A stretch of 64,000 bases of DNA from Candidatus Woesearchaeota archaeon (GTDB lineage: Archaea > Nanobdellota > Nanobdellia > Woesearchaeales > UBA583): assembly GCA_965205335.1 (NCBI GenBank), contig OZ242164.1, forward strand, positions 552,713 to 616,712, in the 5' to 3' direction. Made by a program: the position numbers and the translations under genes. Below are positions 1 through 9,670 of this stretch, one piece after another. Position 1 is the first letter of the stretch; every line of letters starts with the position of its first letter. The notes beneath the pieces were generated by a model, which was not told the DNA's origin, made no database searches, and saw nothing but the letters and a program-made list of their open reading frames with translations.

Positions 1-399
1 ACTATTAAAATTTAAATCTAATCTAAATCCATAAATGTCGTATTCTCCTGAGCCTATCTTTGTCCAGTTAGATGGACAAAATATGCTCCTAGTCCAAGTA
101 CAGACCCCCTCATCACACACCCTTCCTACTTGGGCATCAACGTAATCTTTATTAACGGCATCACTTCCATTTATCGGAGTTGGAACATCAGTTATCTTGC
201 CAGAATCTCCCAAACTTAGGGTACTGTTTAAAATAAAATTGGGAAAACCTTCATCACTTCCTAAAACCCCTCCTCTTATGTCAGAGGCATGATGCCAAAC
301 ACTGTTTGTGTCTGCAAAAACAGGAACTTCCATCCCTGTAAAAACAAAAAAAATGACAAAAATACTAATAAAAATTCCAAATAAATTCCTTCTAACCAT
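1..399 (-). CDS. Secreted/surface protein, N-terminal part (ORF starts ATG at 399 and runs off the window start); hydrophobic signal/anchor then a tail-fibre-like DAVNKDYVD motif
   Basis: Manual translation of the minus strand from 399 gives MVRRNLFGIFISIFVIFFVFTG...PTPINGSDAVNKDYVDAQV... with no stop before position 1. A TATA-like tatatata lies about 30 nt upstream on the minus strand. The ORF track does not list it because its stop is outside the window. Confidence 0.5.
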   Translation of the reverse strand, partial: MVRRNLFGIFISIFVIFFVFTGMEVPVFADTNSVWHHASDIRGGVLGSDEGFPNFILNSTLSLGDSGKITDVPTPINGSDAVNKDYVDAQVGRVCDEGVCTWTRSIFCPSNWTKIGSGEYDIYGFRLDLNFNS

Positions 400-547
400 G
401 AAAAGTTCCCCTTTGAAAAATATATATAAGTTAGTTTAAACTCCAAAGTAATAATAAACAAAAAATATACATCAAATAATAAACAACCCTGCTAAGAAAA
501 TTCCAACTACACTAAAATTTATATATAATACTTAGTTAATTTTTCAT

Positions 548-1264
548 ATGAATTCTAAAAAAGACAAAAAATCATCACATAATTCCAAACAAAAAAAAAA
601 TACCAAAATTCATAAAGTTACAGATGTCGTTTCAGAAGATGAAGTTGAAACTCAGTTATCAAAAGACCTTATTAAAAAAATAGAAAAAAAGAATCAAGAT
701 GATGAACCCAGATGGTATCACTACCTTATCGTCTCACTTTGCTTCATTGCTCTCTTTATAGGTTTATATTATACATTAGATTATTTTGAAAAAGAACCTC
801 CAAACCCTCATATCAATGTTCAATTATACACGTATCACTTCAAAGTCGGAGAAAAAAACGGTAGCATTCAGTTCTACACACCAATTAACAAAATTGAAGA
901 CTTAGATTATCCTATTGAAGTTTCAAAATATGACTTTCTAAACTCAAAACGAATAATACTATCCTTTATGGAATACAACGGAACCGATAATGGAGAAGTA
1001 GCACTAGTTTCAGGAAGACTGGCTCCTTTCATAAAACATGTTTACTCATTTGATTTTAACCCTTACGAGGACATCAAACATACTAATGAATCTAACTGTT
1101 CAACCTCAACATTAGATGAAAAAATTGTCACATTCAATCCCTACTCAGACAGAAATGGAGTTTTCTACAACGAATCAAACGGATGCATTGAATTTCTAAC
1201 AGATGATGCAACAAAAATGAGAGAACTTGGAGACATATTCTTCTATACCCTCATTAACGAATAA
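548..1264 (+). CDS. Hypothetical membrane-anchored protein (Lys-rich N-terminus, one TM, extracytoplasmic domain with N-glycosylation-type sequons)
   Basis: 238-aa ORF with TM segment YHYLIVSLCFIALFIGLYYTL and no recognisable catalytic motifs. Confidence 0.45.
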   Translation: MNSKKDKKSSHNSKQKKNTKIHKVTDVVSEDEVETQLSKDLIKKIEKKNQDDEPRWYHYLIVSLCFIALFIGLYYTLDYFEKEPPNPHINVQLYTYHFKVGEKNGSIQFYTPINKIEDLDYPIEVSKYDFLNSKRIILSFMEYNGTDNGEVALVSGRLAPFIKHVYSFDFNPYEDIKHTNESNCSTSTLDEKIVTFNPYSDRNGVFYNESNGCIEFLTDDATKMRELGDIFFYTLINE

Positions 1265-1265
1265 A

Positions 1266-1406
1266 ATGAATAACTCATATCTAACAGATTTAATTTGCTG
1301 TCCCAAATGCCAAAAAGACTTAACTGCAAAAAACAACAAACTAATCTGTTCAAACTGCAAAAAAGAATACATAATAAAAGACAACATTCCAATACTATTA
1401 ATATAA
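1266..1406 (+). CDS. Trm112-like small zinc-ribbon protein (46 aa), missed by the ORF track
   Basis: ATG at 1266 gives MNNSYLTDLICCPKCQKDLTAKNNKLICSNCKKEYIIKDNIPILLI, i.e. CPxC...CxxC followed by YxI.dnIPiLL, which is the Trm112/UPF0434 pattern. Confidence 0.45.
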   Translation: MNNSYLTDLICCPKCQKDLTAKNNKLICSNCKKEYIIKDNIPILLI

Positions 1407-1479
1407 GCAAAACAATACAAAACAAATCACATAGTAACCTTTATAAAACTTTAAAAATTAATTTACTTACTAAAAAAAA

Positions 1480-1552
1480 GGACCTGTGGTCTAGTGGCTA
1501 TGACGTTGCCCTTACAAGGCGAAGATCGCCGGTTCAAATCCGGTCAGGTCCA
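1480..1552 (+). tRNA. tRNA-Val (anticodon TAC)
   Basis: Cloverleaf read by hand: acceptor GGACCTG/CAGGTCC, anticodon stem TTGCC/GGCGA, loop CTTACAA, T-arm GCCGG-TTCAAAT-CCGGT. No encoded CCA. Confidence 0.85.
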
Positions 1553-1590
1553 TTTAAAATAACTTAATCTCTCCTATATCTAATACATAC

Positions 1591-1821
1591 TTAATCTATC
1601 TTATACACTCCAAAATCCTCAAAATATTCTCCTTTAGACTTTGCATTTTCCTCTTTTAACTTACTTAAAAACGCCGCTGCATCTTTTGAATCCTCCGACT
1701 TATAATAAACCCTCAAATTACTAAAAACTCTCGTCTTTGAGCATCTCTGACACTTAAAAACCTTAGATGTTCCACTTACTGCAAGCAAATAACAATTCGG
1801 ACACTTAACTACTCTAAACAC
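1591..1821 (-). CDS. Small zinc-ribbon protein (DUF1922-like archaeal Zn-ribbon)
   Basis: CPNC...CQRC motifs in the N-terminal 30 aa of a 76-aa ORF; 8-nt overlap with the upstream gene suggests an operon. Confidence 0.4.
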   Translation of the reverse strand: MFRVVKCPNCYLLAVSGTSKVFKCQRCSKTRVFSNLRVYYKSEDSKDAAAFLSKLKEENAKSKGEYFEDFGVYKID

Positions 1822-2320
1822 CCTCTATCTCAAACTCACGCCTACCCCTCCTTTTATCTGATATACTCCTATAAATCTCAGACAAACTCCTTGCCTGACG
1901 CGTCATAAGACTAATCAAATAGTCATTAAACATAACATAATCAACTGTTCTTGTAATAGTATCATCAATAATTGTTACTATAAAACTTTCTATATTAACA
2001 TCAAATGAAATCTCTTGCTTCTTAAAACCCCAATTAACCTTTAAAACAATTATCAAATCTTCCAAATCATAATACCATGTCTTAATTTCATCTTCATCTT
2101 CATTTAAAATCACAACTGACACAAACTCTCTAAATTCACTTGGTAGAAACCGTTTCAGAAAATCTTCTATAACCAAAGTCCTACTACTCTCTAAAAACTC
2201 AATTGCCTTTCTATTTCTATTCAAATAAAAAAACTCAGTAAACAAATCCTTATTAACAAGCTTCTTATTCTTCTTTTTGAACTGCCTCAAAATAAACTCA
2301 GTCTTTTCGCTTCTGTCCAT
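1814..2320 (-). CDS. Hypothetical protein
   Basis: 168-aa ORF translationally coupled to the Zn-ribbon ORF; no recognisable motifs. Confidence 0.4.
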   Translation of the reverse strand: MDRSEKTEFILRQFKKKNKKLVNKDLFTEFFYLNRNRKAIEFLESSRTLVIEDFLKRFLPSEFREFVSVVILNEDEDEIKTWYYDLEDLIIVLKVNWGFKKQEISFDVNIESFIVTIIDDTITRTVDYVMFNDYLISLMTRQARSLSEIYRSISDKRRGRREFEIEGV

Positions 2321-2406
2321 ATTTGAAACTTTAACTTCATTATTTTTAAATATTTGCTTTTAAAAAAAGATATTACATAATACAATTGCAAAAATTACTT
2401 ACATAC

Positions 2407-3390
2407 TGTGTTGTCCTAATTCTTTTTCCCACTTTTATTATCTCCAATCATTTTTATAAACCTACCTAATGTCCATGGCATTAATTCACGCCAGAACACT
2501 TGTTCAGGCGTATCAAAATCCAAGCTACCATGCGGTCTATGATTATACCAGTCCATAAATTCATTAAATGTATTGAATTTCTGTCTATGAAGTTCATAGG
2601 TATGATTCCACTTCTCAAACTTACCATTGGTTTGAGGGTGTTTATATCTACATTTTGAATGTATAATTTCTAACCTGGCAAGAACTCTTTGGAACTCAGA
2701 TATGCCTTGCTGCTTACCCTCTTGCTTATTTGCATAAAACTGACTGCCTCTATCAGTCAAACAAACATCAATTGGTTTTATATGCAAATACGTTTTGTAA
2801 GCTTGTTTGATCAACCCAATATTGTGTTTTGCTTCTTCTTTTTTGAACTCACCCCCACAAAGGATTTTCCTTGATTTATCATCTAAGACTGCACACATCC
2901 ACATTTGCAAATGTGAATTATAATGCCAATCCATATGAACCATATCTAAAGACCATGGTTTTTCATAACGAATCCATGGCTTTCTTCTCTTTTGTTTTCT
3001 AGGATTGGCAATTGCTTTATTATTTGCAAGTAACACAATATGAACATAGTTATTTGCAATTTTAAAGTTTTCTTTCTTACGCAGATATTGACAAATGTAA
3101 TTTGCTCCAAACCCTAGTTTTGAATGCAAAGAAAGAATTCTTCTTTCTAAACTTCTAGGATAGACTCTTTTTGGTTTCATGCCATTCTTCTGTAAAACAG
3201 GAAGTAACCCTGTTTTCTTAAATTCTAAGAAAAGTTGATTAACTCTTCTTTTACTAATATTGAACTGCTTAGCAATAAAAACAGATGAAACACCTTTATT
3301 CTTACGCTTAATTATCTTTTCAATGTCCAAAGCATTTAGTTTCATAAAAGACTCAATTTCCAAGGTGGGAAATTTTTTGCGGACAATACA
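2407..3390 (-). mobile_element. IS481-like insertion sequence (rve-type DDE transposase, about 1 kb)
   Basis: Imperfect 10-bp TIRs TGTGTTGTCC (2407-2416) and GGACAATACA (3381-3390). The same 18-mer caaaaattacttacatac occurs exactly 1000 bp apart at 2389-2406 and 3389-3406, in direct orientation flanking the element (the right copy shares its first 2 nt, ca, with the 10-bp TIR); it may be a target duplication. Confidence 0.5.
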
Positions 3391-3411
3391 AAAATTACTT
3401 ACATACCACAT
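2416..3411 (-). CDS. IS481-family transposase (N-terminal HTH plus rve/DDE integrase core)
   Basis: HPQTNGKFEKWNHT is the rve signature, with D...D...E spacing. N-terminal HTH region KLNALDIEKIIKRKNKGVSSVFIAKQFNISKRRVNQLF. The true start may be the internal Met at about 3345, since the first 22 codons lie outside the TIR. Confidence 0.8.
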   Translation of the reverse strand: MWYVSNFCIVRKKFPTLEIESFMKLNALDIEKIIKRKNKGVSSVFIAKQFNISKRRVNQLFLEFKKTGLLPVLQKNGMKPKRVYPRSLERRILSLHSKLGFGANYICQYLRKKENFKIANNYVHIVLLANNKAIANPRKQKRRKPWIRYEKPWSLDMVHMDWHYNSHLQMWMCAVLDDKSRKILCGGEFKKEEAKHNIGLIKQAYKTYLHIKPIDVCLTDRGSQFYANKQEGKQQGISEFQRVLARLEIIHSKCRYKHPQTNGKFEKWNHTYELHRQKFNTFNEFMDWYNHRPHGSLDFDTPEQVFWRELMPWTLGRFIKMIGDNKSGKKN

Positions 3412-3460
3412 TCTTTATAAATACCAATCTATTCTCGCAATAATAAAAGAGTAAAACAAG

Positions 3461-6310
3461 ATGAGTGGAAATTTTTTTGATAAGAGTATTTTAGAATCAT
3501 CATACGAAGAAGAATATGAGAGTATAAAAGATTACGATAAACTAACTTACTATTTGAAAAAAACTGAGAACCTATATAGTTTTCATTGCGAAATAAATGG
3601 ACAAAGACTAAACCAAGGAGAACTAAAAGCTCTCATCAAACTAAACGAAAACAAAAAAATCATGAACGAATCAGATGCAGAATTACTAACATACATAATC
3701 CATAAAATAAGTCCAATTCAGACAATATACAAACTATCCACAGACATAGAAGTAATCATCAAATACTTAGCCAACTGTAAATTTAAATTCTTCCTTAACG
3801 ACAAAGAATCAAAAGTTGTATCAAAAAACAAAAAACTTGACCTAAACCTCTACATTGGCAAAGATTCAAACATAAAACTAGACATACTAAACAAAGGTGG
3901 ATTTTTTTGGGGAAACTACGAAGCCTTCTACGTTGAAGATCAAACAATCATGCCAATCTCAGATGAACTACCCCTTAAACTTTACAAAGAAATAATTGAT
4001 GGGAATAACAAATTCTCAATAGAAACATTCTTCCAGATAAAAAATTCAATAATTCCAAAACTAAAAAAACTGCATAACTTAAAAATCTCGGATGAAATTG
4101 AAAAACTATCAAGCCTTTCAATAGAAGAAAAAATTGCCCCCTACATTTTAGAAATTGGAAAATCCGTTCACTTCATCACCTTTCACCTAAAATACAAAAT
4201 AGGCGATGAACTCTTTAACATTGAAGATTACAAATACCTTGAAACAATTAACTGGATGAACAAACCCAATCTAATCAAAATAACAAAAGAAGACTCCGGA
4301 CTTATCAAATACATCTCTGACGAAAAACTCTCAGAGCACACAATTGATACAATATTTGAAGGAGTTAGAATTAAATACAGCAAAAACCAAAAATCACCCT
4401 TCTCAATAATGGTTCCTATCTCAAGTCTTGAAACAGTTGTCAAAAAAGTTCTGCCAAAAGCTCACAAGACATTTCAAATTGAATACAAAGAAGGACAGAA
4501 ACTAACTCTGTCCAACTCAAATGTAAAATTTGAAATTGACACGAACCTAAAAAAAAACCTTAACTTATTTGAATTTAAAGTTCGCTTTAAAATTGGAGAC
4601 GAATTCTTTGACATTGAATTCTTAAAAGAAATTATGTCCAAAAACAGAAAACACGTTCAACTAAAAGACGGTAGAACTGTAAACATTGAAAACTTTCGTG
4701 ACATTAACAAATGGATTGAATTTTTAAATAAATTTGAATTTAAAAGAACAGAAAAAACTTACAAAGCCCAAAGCAGCAGTGCCCTTGAACTTAACGAATT
4801 TCTAAAAAATATTGAAGGAACAAAAGTTACATCAAACGAAGATTACAAGAATATGATTACAGAAGTAAAAGATAGGACTCCAATTGAGCCCATCAAAATC
4901 CCAAAGCAAGTTTCCAATGTCCTTCGTGACTATCAAATAGATGGAGTTTACTGGATGTATTTTCTAAAAAAATATGGCTTCGGAGGAATCTTAGCTGATG
5001 AAATGGGCCTTGGAAAAACCATTCAGGCTCTAACTGTTTTAAGTATGAACAATAACAATGGGACTCATTTAGTCGTATGTCCTAAATCTCTCATCTACAA
5101 CTGGGAAAATGAAATCAAAAAATTCCTTCCTGATATGAAAGTTTTAATTATTGATAAAGACCAAGAAAAAAGAAAAAAACTAATTAAAACTGCAAACAAC
5201 TATGACATAGTTATAACCTCATACTCTATTCTGCAAAGAGACTACTCTTATTACGACGAAAATAAAATCATATTTAATTATCAAATTTTAGATGAAGCTC
5301 ATTACATTAAAAACATAAAAACTCTCTCATCAAAAGCTGTTAGAGTAATTAATGCTAAAAGAAAAGTATTACTAACAGGAACCCCTCTTGAGAACAACTT
5401 AGATGAATTATTTGGAACATTTGAATTAATTATGCCAGGATATTTAGGAACTAAGACTGAATTCAGAAATAATTTTGTTGCAAAAATCGAAAGAAACAAC
5501 CAGATAGCCCTTGACATCTTGCAGGCAAAAATCAGACCTTTCATTTTGCGTAGAACAAAAAATGAGGTTTTAAAAGAATTACCTGACAAGCAAGAACAAA
5601 TAGTATATAACGAGATGACTAATAAACAGATAGGAGTATACAATGAAATCCTTAATCGTGTTAAAAGCGAAGTTAACATACTAATTGAAAAACAGGGATT
5701 TGAAAAATCAAGAATTCAGGTTTTATCTGCTCTTTTGAAACTAAGACAAGTATGCAACCATCCTTCCCTTGTTGATAAATCCTTTTCAGGTGAAGTTGGT
5801 ATCTCTGGAAAACATGAACAATTTAAAGAACTTCTCTCAGAAGTTATTGCATCAGGTGAGAAAGTCCTCGTATTTAGTCAATTCACATCAATGCTTAACA
5901 TCTTTGAAAAAGACTTAAATGAAAGAGATATTACTTTCTCCCGATTAGATGGTTCTACAAAAAATCGCCAAGAAGTCGTTGATGAATTTAACAATAACAA
6001 ATCAATCTCAGTTTTTTTAATTTCACTTAAAGCAGGAGGAGTTGGACTGAATTTGACCTCTGCAAGTGTTGTATTCTTATATGACCCTTGGTGGAATCCT
6101 ATGGTAGAACAACAAGCAGTTGATCGTGCTCACAGAATAGGACAAAAGAAAAAAGTTAACATCTACAAATTCATTACAAAAAATTCAATTGAAGAGAAAA
6201 TTCTCAAACTGCAAGAAAGAAAAGGAAACCTATTTGAGAACTTAGTTGTAGAAGATTCGGGATTTATGAAAAGACTTGAATGGGAAGATTTAATGGAACT
6301 ATTTGATTAA
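3461..6310 (+). CDS. SNF2/Swi2-family ATPase-helicase with a roughly 470-aa uncharacterised N-terminal domain
   Basis: Helicase motifs GILADEMGLGKT (I), DEAH (II, ILDEAHYIKN), LLTGTPLENNLDEL (III), QAVDRAHRIGQ (VI). Confidence 0.85.
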   Translation: MSGNFFDKSILESSYEEEYESIKDYDKLTYYLKKTENLYSFHCEINGQRLNQGELKALIKLNENKKIMNESDAELLTYIIHKISPIQTIYKLSTDIEVIIKYLANCKFKFFLNDKESKVVSKNKKLDLNLYIGKDSNIKLDILNKGGFFWGNYEAFYVEDQTIMPISDELPLKLYKEIIDGNNKFSIETFFQIKNSIIPKLKKLHNLKISDEIEKLSSLSIEEKIAPYILEIGKSVHFITFHLKYKIGDELFNIEDYKYLETINWMNKPNLIKITKEDSGLIKYISDEKLSEHTIDTIFEGVRIKYSKNQKSPFSIMVPISSLETVVKKVLPKAHKTFQIEYKEGQKLTLSNSNVKFEIDTNLKKNLNLFEFKVRFKIGDEFFDIEFLKEIMSKNRKHVQLKDGRTVNIENFRDINKWIEFLNKFEFKRTEKTYKAQSSSALELNEFLKNIEGTKVTSNEDYKNMITEVKDRTPIEPIKIPKQVSNVLRDYQIDGVYWMYFLKKYGFGGILADEMGLGKTIQALTVLSMNNNNGTHLVVCPKSLIYNWENEIKKFLPDMKVLIIDKDQEKRKKLIKTANNYDIVITSYSILQRDYSYYDENKIIFNYQILDEAHYIKNIKTLSSKAVRVINAKRKVLLTGTPLENNLDELFGTFELIMPGYLGTKTEFRNNFVAKIERNNQIALDILQAKIRPFILRRTKNEVLKELPDKQEQIVYNEMTNKQIGVYNEILNRVKSEVNILIEKQGFEKSRIQVLSALLKLRQVCNHPSLVDKSFSGEVGISGKHEQFKELLSEVIASGEKVLVFSQFTSMLNIFEKDLNERDITFSRLDGSTKNRQEVVDEFNNNKSISVFLISLKAGGVGLNLTSASVVFLYDPWWNPMVEQQAVDRAHRIGQKKKVNIYKFITKNSIEEKILKLQERKGNLFENLVVEDSGFMKRLEWEDLMELFD

Positions 6311-6345
6311 TATAAAAATTCTATTTATTTCAGAATTAAAAAAAA

Positions 6346-6834
6346 CTAACCACTTTGAGTTAGCCCTAACTTAAATTTATTTGCTAAATCATTTAACTCA
6401 TCTTCTGATAACTTCTCCCCTTTTAGATTAAAATCCAAGCCATCATGTTCATATCGTGGTATAACATGCATCATAAAATGAGAAGACTGCTGACCTGCTG
6501 CTTTCCCGTTCGCTATAAAAACAGTTGTATCCTTGCACTGCATACTCTCTTTCAATAAATCCGCTAAATATTTTGAAATAACAGACAGATGCCCCAAAAC
6601 CTCATCAGAAACCATAGGAAGCATCATATAATGTTCTTTGGGAATAAGCAGAAGATGTCCATTAGTTGCAGGATTTATATCAAGAACTGCAAAACAAATA
6701 TCATCTTCAAAAACTATCTTTGCATCCATCTCCTTTGATGCCATCTTACAGAAAACACAATTATCCTTCATTAACTGCATTCTCTTCTGCACTTCTTCCG
6801 AAGATAACTGCTCTCCGTTTCCTTGCTCTGCCAT
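6346..6834 (-). CDS. HIT-family (histidine triad) nucleotide hydrolase with an N-terminal extension
   Basis: CVFCKM...NPATNGHLLLIPKEHY...SSHFMMHVIPRY (variant HxHxHxx). Confidence 0.65.
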   Translation of the reverse strand: MAEQGNGEQLSSEEVQKRMQLMKDNCVFCKMASKEMDAKIVFEDDICFAVLDINPATNGHLLLIPKEHYMMLPMVSDEVLGHLSVISKYLADLLKESMQCKDTTVFIANGKAAGQQSSHFMMHVIPRYEHDGLDFNLKGEKLSEDELNDLANKFKLGLTQSG

Positions 6835-6947
6835 AAAATATCACAATAGCATTAATATATAAAACTTTGTTGTATAATTACAACGACAAAGAATTGAAAA
6901 TACTAAATGAATTCCATAGAGATCCCACCAAGTTCAAAAACCAATTC

Positions 6948-8234
6948 TTAAAATAACCCCAATATCCCATACAATAAAGAAGGCCATATCGTAAAAACAA
7001 TTAAAACCAAACTAATCCAAGAAATAACATGATACACATTCAGAGCAGTTTTCTCTTTAAACTTCTTTTCAAGAAGAGTCTTGGCTATCTGTCCCCCATC
7101 TGTAATCCATATAGGAAGCAGATTCATCAATCCAATTGCAATATTCAAAAACCAAATCCAAAAAATAGCTCTCTCAAAACCAATAGGAAAACTTCCTAAA
7201 AACCCATATCCTTCCTTTGGTTCTGTATCTACACCAACGCCAGTTATCCCTATCATACCCTTTCCTTCTACACTTGGATTCTCAAACGTTACAATACTAT
7301 AATTAGTTACAAGACCTCCTTCAAGCAAAGTCAAATCAATAGTCTCATTAACTGAAAGATTACTTATCTTCTCCAAAATAACCCCTACATCTTCCTCACC
7401 ATTTAAAGAAATAATTTCTCCTGACATCACCCCATACCCATACAGAGAACTCTCATTCATTGTATTTTGAAACGTAATACTACTAGCATCCATTGTATTA
7501 TCAACTAAAGGCACAGCCGCAAAAACCCATACAAGAAAAAACAAAAATCCGAAAATAAAATTAGAAGTAGAACCTGCCCCAAGAACTGCAATCTTCTGCC
7601 ACTTCGGTTTCTTATCCATCTGTCTCTCATCGGGCTCAACAAATGCTGCGGGAACAATAGGAGCAAGAATTCCCAAAAAAGCAAATCCACTTGACTTAAC
7701 CTTTATATTAAACCTCTCAGCAATCACCCCATGAGCAAATTCATGAACAATCGCAAGTACAAATATCGCTATAATCCAATACCAGAAAGGAACAAAAAAG
7801 ATTGGAACTGCATTATCAAGCCCCTTCTCTGTCTGAATAGGAAGAACCAAACCTCCTCCTGCACTCATCTCATTCTCAACAATAAACAACAACTGCCAGA
7901 ACATGAAAACAAACATAAACACCACACCAACAACTCCAACAAATATTGCCAAATATGCAAGATAAAGAAATATCTTTGGATGCTTCTTTGACCACTTATC
8001 CATCCTATTAAGCCCTAACTTAGTTCTATATATCATCATATAAAAAATAGGAAAAGCCCCAGATATACTGAGATTCTTCCTTTTAACAAACAGAAAAAGA
8101 GTCAACAACATAACAAAAATTACAAACACAATATTATTTGAAATAAATTCAATCATAAATAATATCACTTGCACTTGTTTAAAAATATTTACATTTATGA
8201 CAACACCAATAAAACTAAAATTTATAAATTTCAA
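6948..8234 (-). CDS. Site-2 protease (peptidase M50) with a PDZ-like insert
   Basis: HEFAHGVIA (HExxH) in a TM helix and NLLPIWITDGGQ (LDG-type second motif); multi-TM. Confidence 0.75.
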   Translation of the reverse strand: MKFINFSFIGVVINVNIFKQVQVILFMIEFISNNIVFVIFVMLLTLFLFVKRKNLSISGAFPIFYMMIYRTKLGLNRMDKWSKKHPKIFLYLAYLAIFVGVVGVVFMFVFMFWQLLFIVENEMSAGGGLVLPIQTEKGLDNAVPIFFVPFWYWIIAIFVLAIVHEFAHGVIAERFNIKVKSSGFAFLGILAPIVPAAFVEPDERQMDKKPKWQKIAVLGAGSTSNFIFGFLFFLVWVFAAVPLVDNTMDASSITFQNTMNESSLYGYGVMSGEIISLNGEEDVGVILEKISNLSVNETIDLTLLEGGLVTNYSIVTFENPSVEGKGMIGITGVGVDTEPKEGYGFLGSFPIGFERAIFWIWFLNIAIGLMNLLPIWITDGGQIAKTLLEKKFKEKTALNVYHVISWISLVLIVFTIWPSLLYGILGLF

Positions 8235-8249
8235 AAATAGAGAAACTAT

Positions 8250-8921
8250 ATGGAGTTTAAAACATACATAAAAAAATATTCAGACAGAATCCAAAGAATT
8301 GAGAAATTATTTCATCTAAAAGAGTTGAAAGTAAGTTACGATGTACTATCATCTAAAATAAGAAAAACCGAAAGAGAACTACTATACTTTGAATACTATG
8401 GAGTTGATGAAAGTGGAATATTCATATTCGGATTTGACTTTTTCATCAAAGAATTTGATGAACAAAACTTTAAAAAATACTTAGGAATGAACCCTTTAAA
8501 TATCAAAATCTATCACGCTTATAGCCACCTTGCAAAAAAACAAAAAAAAGTAAAAATATCCCAAATCCTGAACTTTATTCAAGACAAAAAAAAAGATTCT
8601 CTTGACATTCACAAATTCCTAAGAAGAATTCTAACTCTGGCATATTACTTCAAATGGGAATTAGAACAAGACAAAAAAGACTTAGAAGGAGACTACTTTC
8701 TGAAAATGCCTGACAAATTTTTAGTTAAAGTAAAACAAAGATTTAATTTTGATAAGATTACTTCAGTTTACGAAGATGAAAATATTTTCATATTTCTAAA
8801 CACAAGAGGAAAACTTAACTTAGTTTTCAAAGAAATTGACCAATTCACTAAAAAAGATATTGAAAAACACGTTATTCCTGCTTTGAAGAATACATTTGGA
8901 ATTAAAAAAATTACAACTTAG
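8250..8921 (+). CDS. Hypothetical protein
   Basis: 223-aa ORF with no recognisable motifs. Confidence 0.4.
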   Translation: MEFKTYIKKYSDRIQRIEKLFHLKELKVSYDVLSSKIRKTERELLYFEYYGVDESGIFIFGFDFFIKEFDEQNFKKYLGMNPLNIKIYHAYSHLAKKQKKVKISQILNFIQDKKKDSLDIHKFLRRILTLAYYFKWELEQDKKDLEGDYFLKMPDKFLVKVKQRFNFDKITSVYEDENIFIFLNTRGKLNLVFKEIDQFTKKDIEKHVIPALKNTFGIKKITT

Positions 8922-8926
8922 AGGTT

Positions 8927-9670
8927 TTGCAGAAATTGTTTATATTAGAAAAATCAAAAATTGAATTTCCTAAAAAGACCACAATAAAAAATAAGGTCTT
9001 TTACATAGAAGTTATATTCTCAGAAAAGAAAACATCCTCCGTTAGAATAAAAGATGACAAACTAATTTTCAGACTATCTTCTTACCTATCAAGAAAACAA
9101 GCCCAAATCCACTTCACAGAACTACTTGAAAAAATCACTCGCAGAATTTTAAAAGATGACACCAAAAACTTCATGCCTAACAAAAGTTTTCAGGAAATCT
9201 TTGAAAAAGGAGAATTCATATTTTCAAATGAAAAATACACATTTGAACTCACAAACAAAATTAGAGGAATTAAACTAAAAGAAAATACATTCTATGTGCA
9301 CACTGCTTCTAATTTAGAAAACATAGAAAAAAAAGTAATTAAATTCCTAATTGAAAAATACAAACAAAAACTATATAACTATATTAAAACATATAACTCA
9401 AATACATTTAACTATAAGATAAACGGCTTTGATTTAAAATTACTTAATTCCAAATGGGGGCACTGCACTCATAATAACAAAATTATGCTTAATCTTAAAC
9501 TCCTAAACGCAAAACCAGACATTCTAAACTATATCATATGCCACGAATTAGCACATATCAAAACTAAAAACCACTCCCAAAAATTCTGGGACGAAGTATC
9601 TAAATTCTGTCCTAACTATAAAATATTAAGAAAAGAACTAAAAGCAAATCCTTGTGAGGTATTTAATTAA
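8927..9670 (+). CDS. YgjP/DUF45-type metal-dependent hydrolase (M48-like HExxH)
   Basis: C-terminal ICHELAHIKTKNHSQKFWDEV matches the DUF45/WLM-like HExxH...NHS..FW signature. Confidence 0.55.
   Translation: MQKLFILEKSKIEFPKKTTIKNKVFYIEVIFSEKKTSSVRIKDDKLIFRLSSYLSRKQAQIHFTELLEKITRRILKDDTKNFMPNKSFQEIFEKGEFIFSNEKYTFELTNKIRGIKLKENTFYVHTASNLENIEKKVIKFLIEKYKQKLYNYIKTYNSNTFNYKINGFDLKLLNSKWGHCTHNNKIMLNLKLLNAKPDILNYIICHELAHIKTKNHSQKFWDEVSKFCPNYKILRKELKANPCEVFN

Noticed and set aside
276-461. Track ORF (61 aa, minus strand)
   Set aside because: Low-complexity junk in the wrong frame. The real gene is the minus-strand ORF starting at 399 in another frame and running off the window.
1295-1567. Track ORFs 1295-1567 (+) and 1196-1425 (-)
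   Set aside because: They overlap tRNA-Val and the small Trm112-like gene and translate to Lys/Asn-rich low-complexity peptides.
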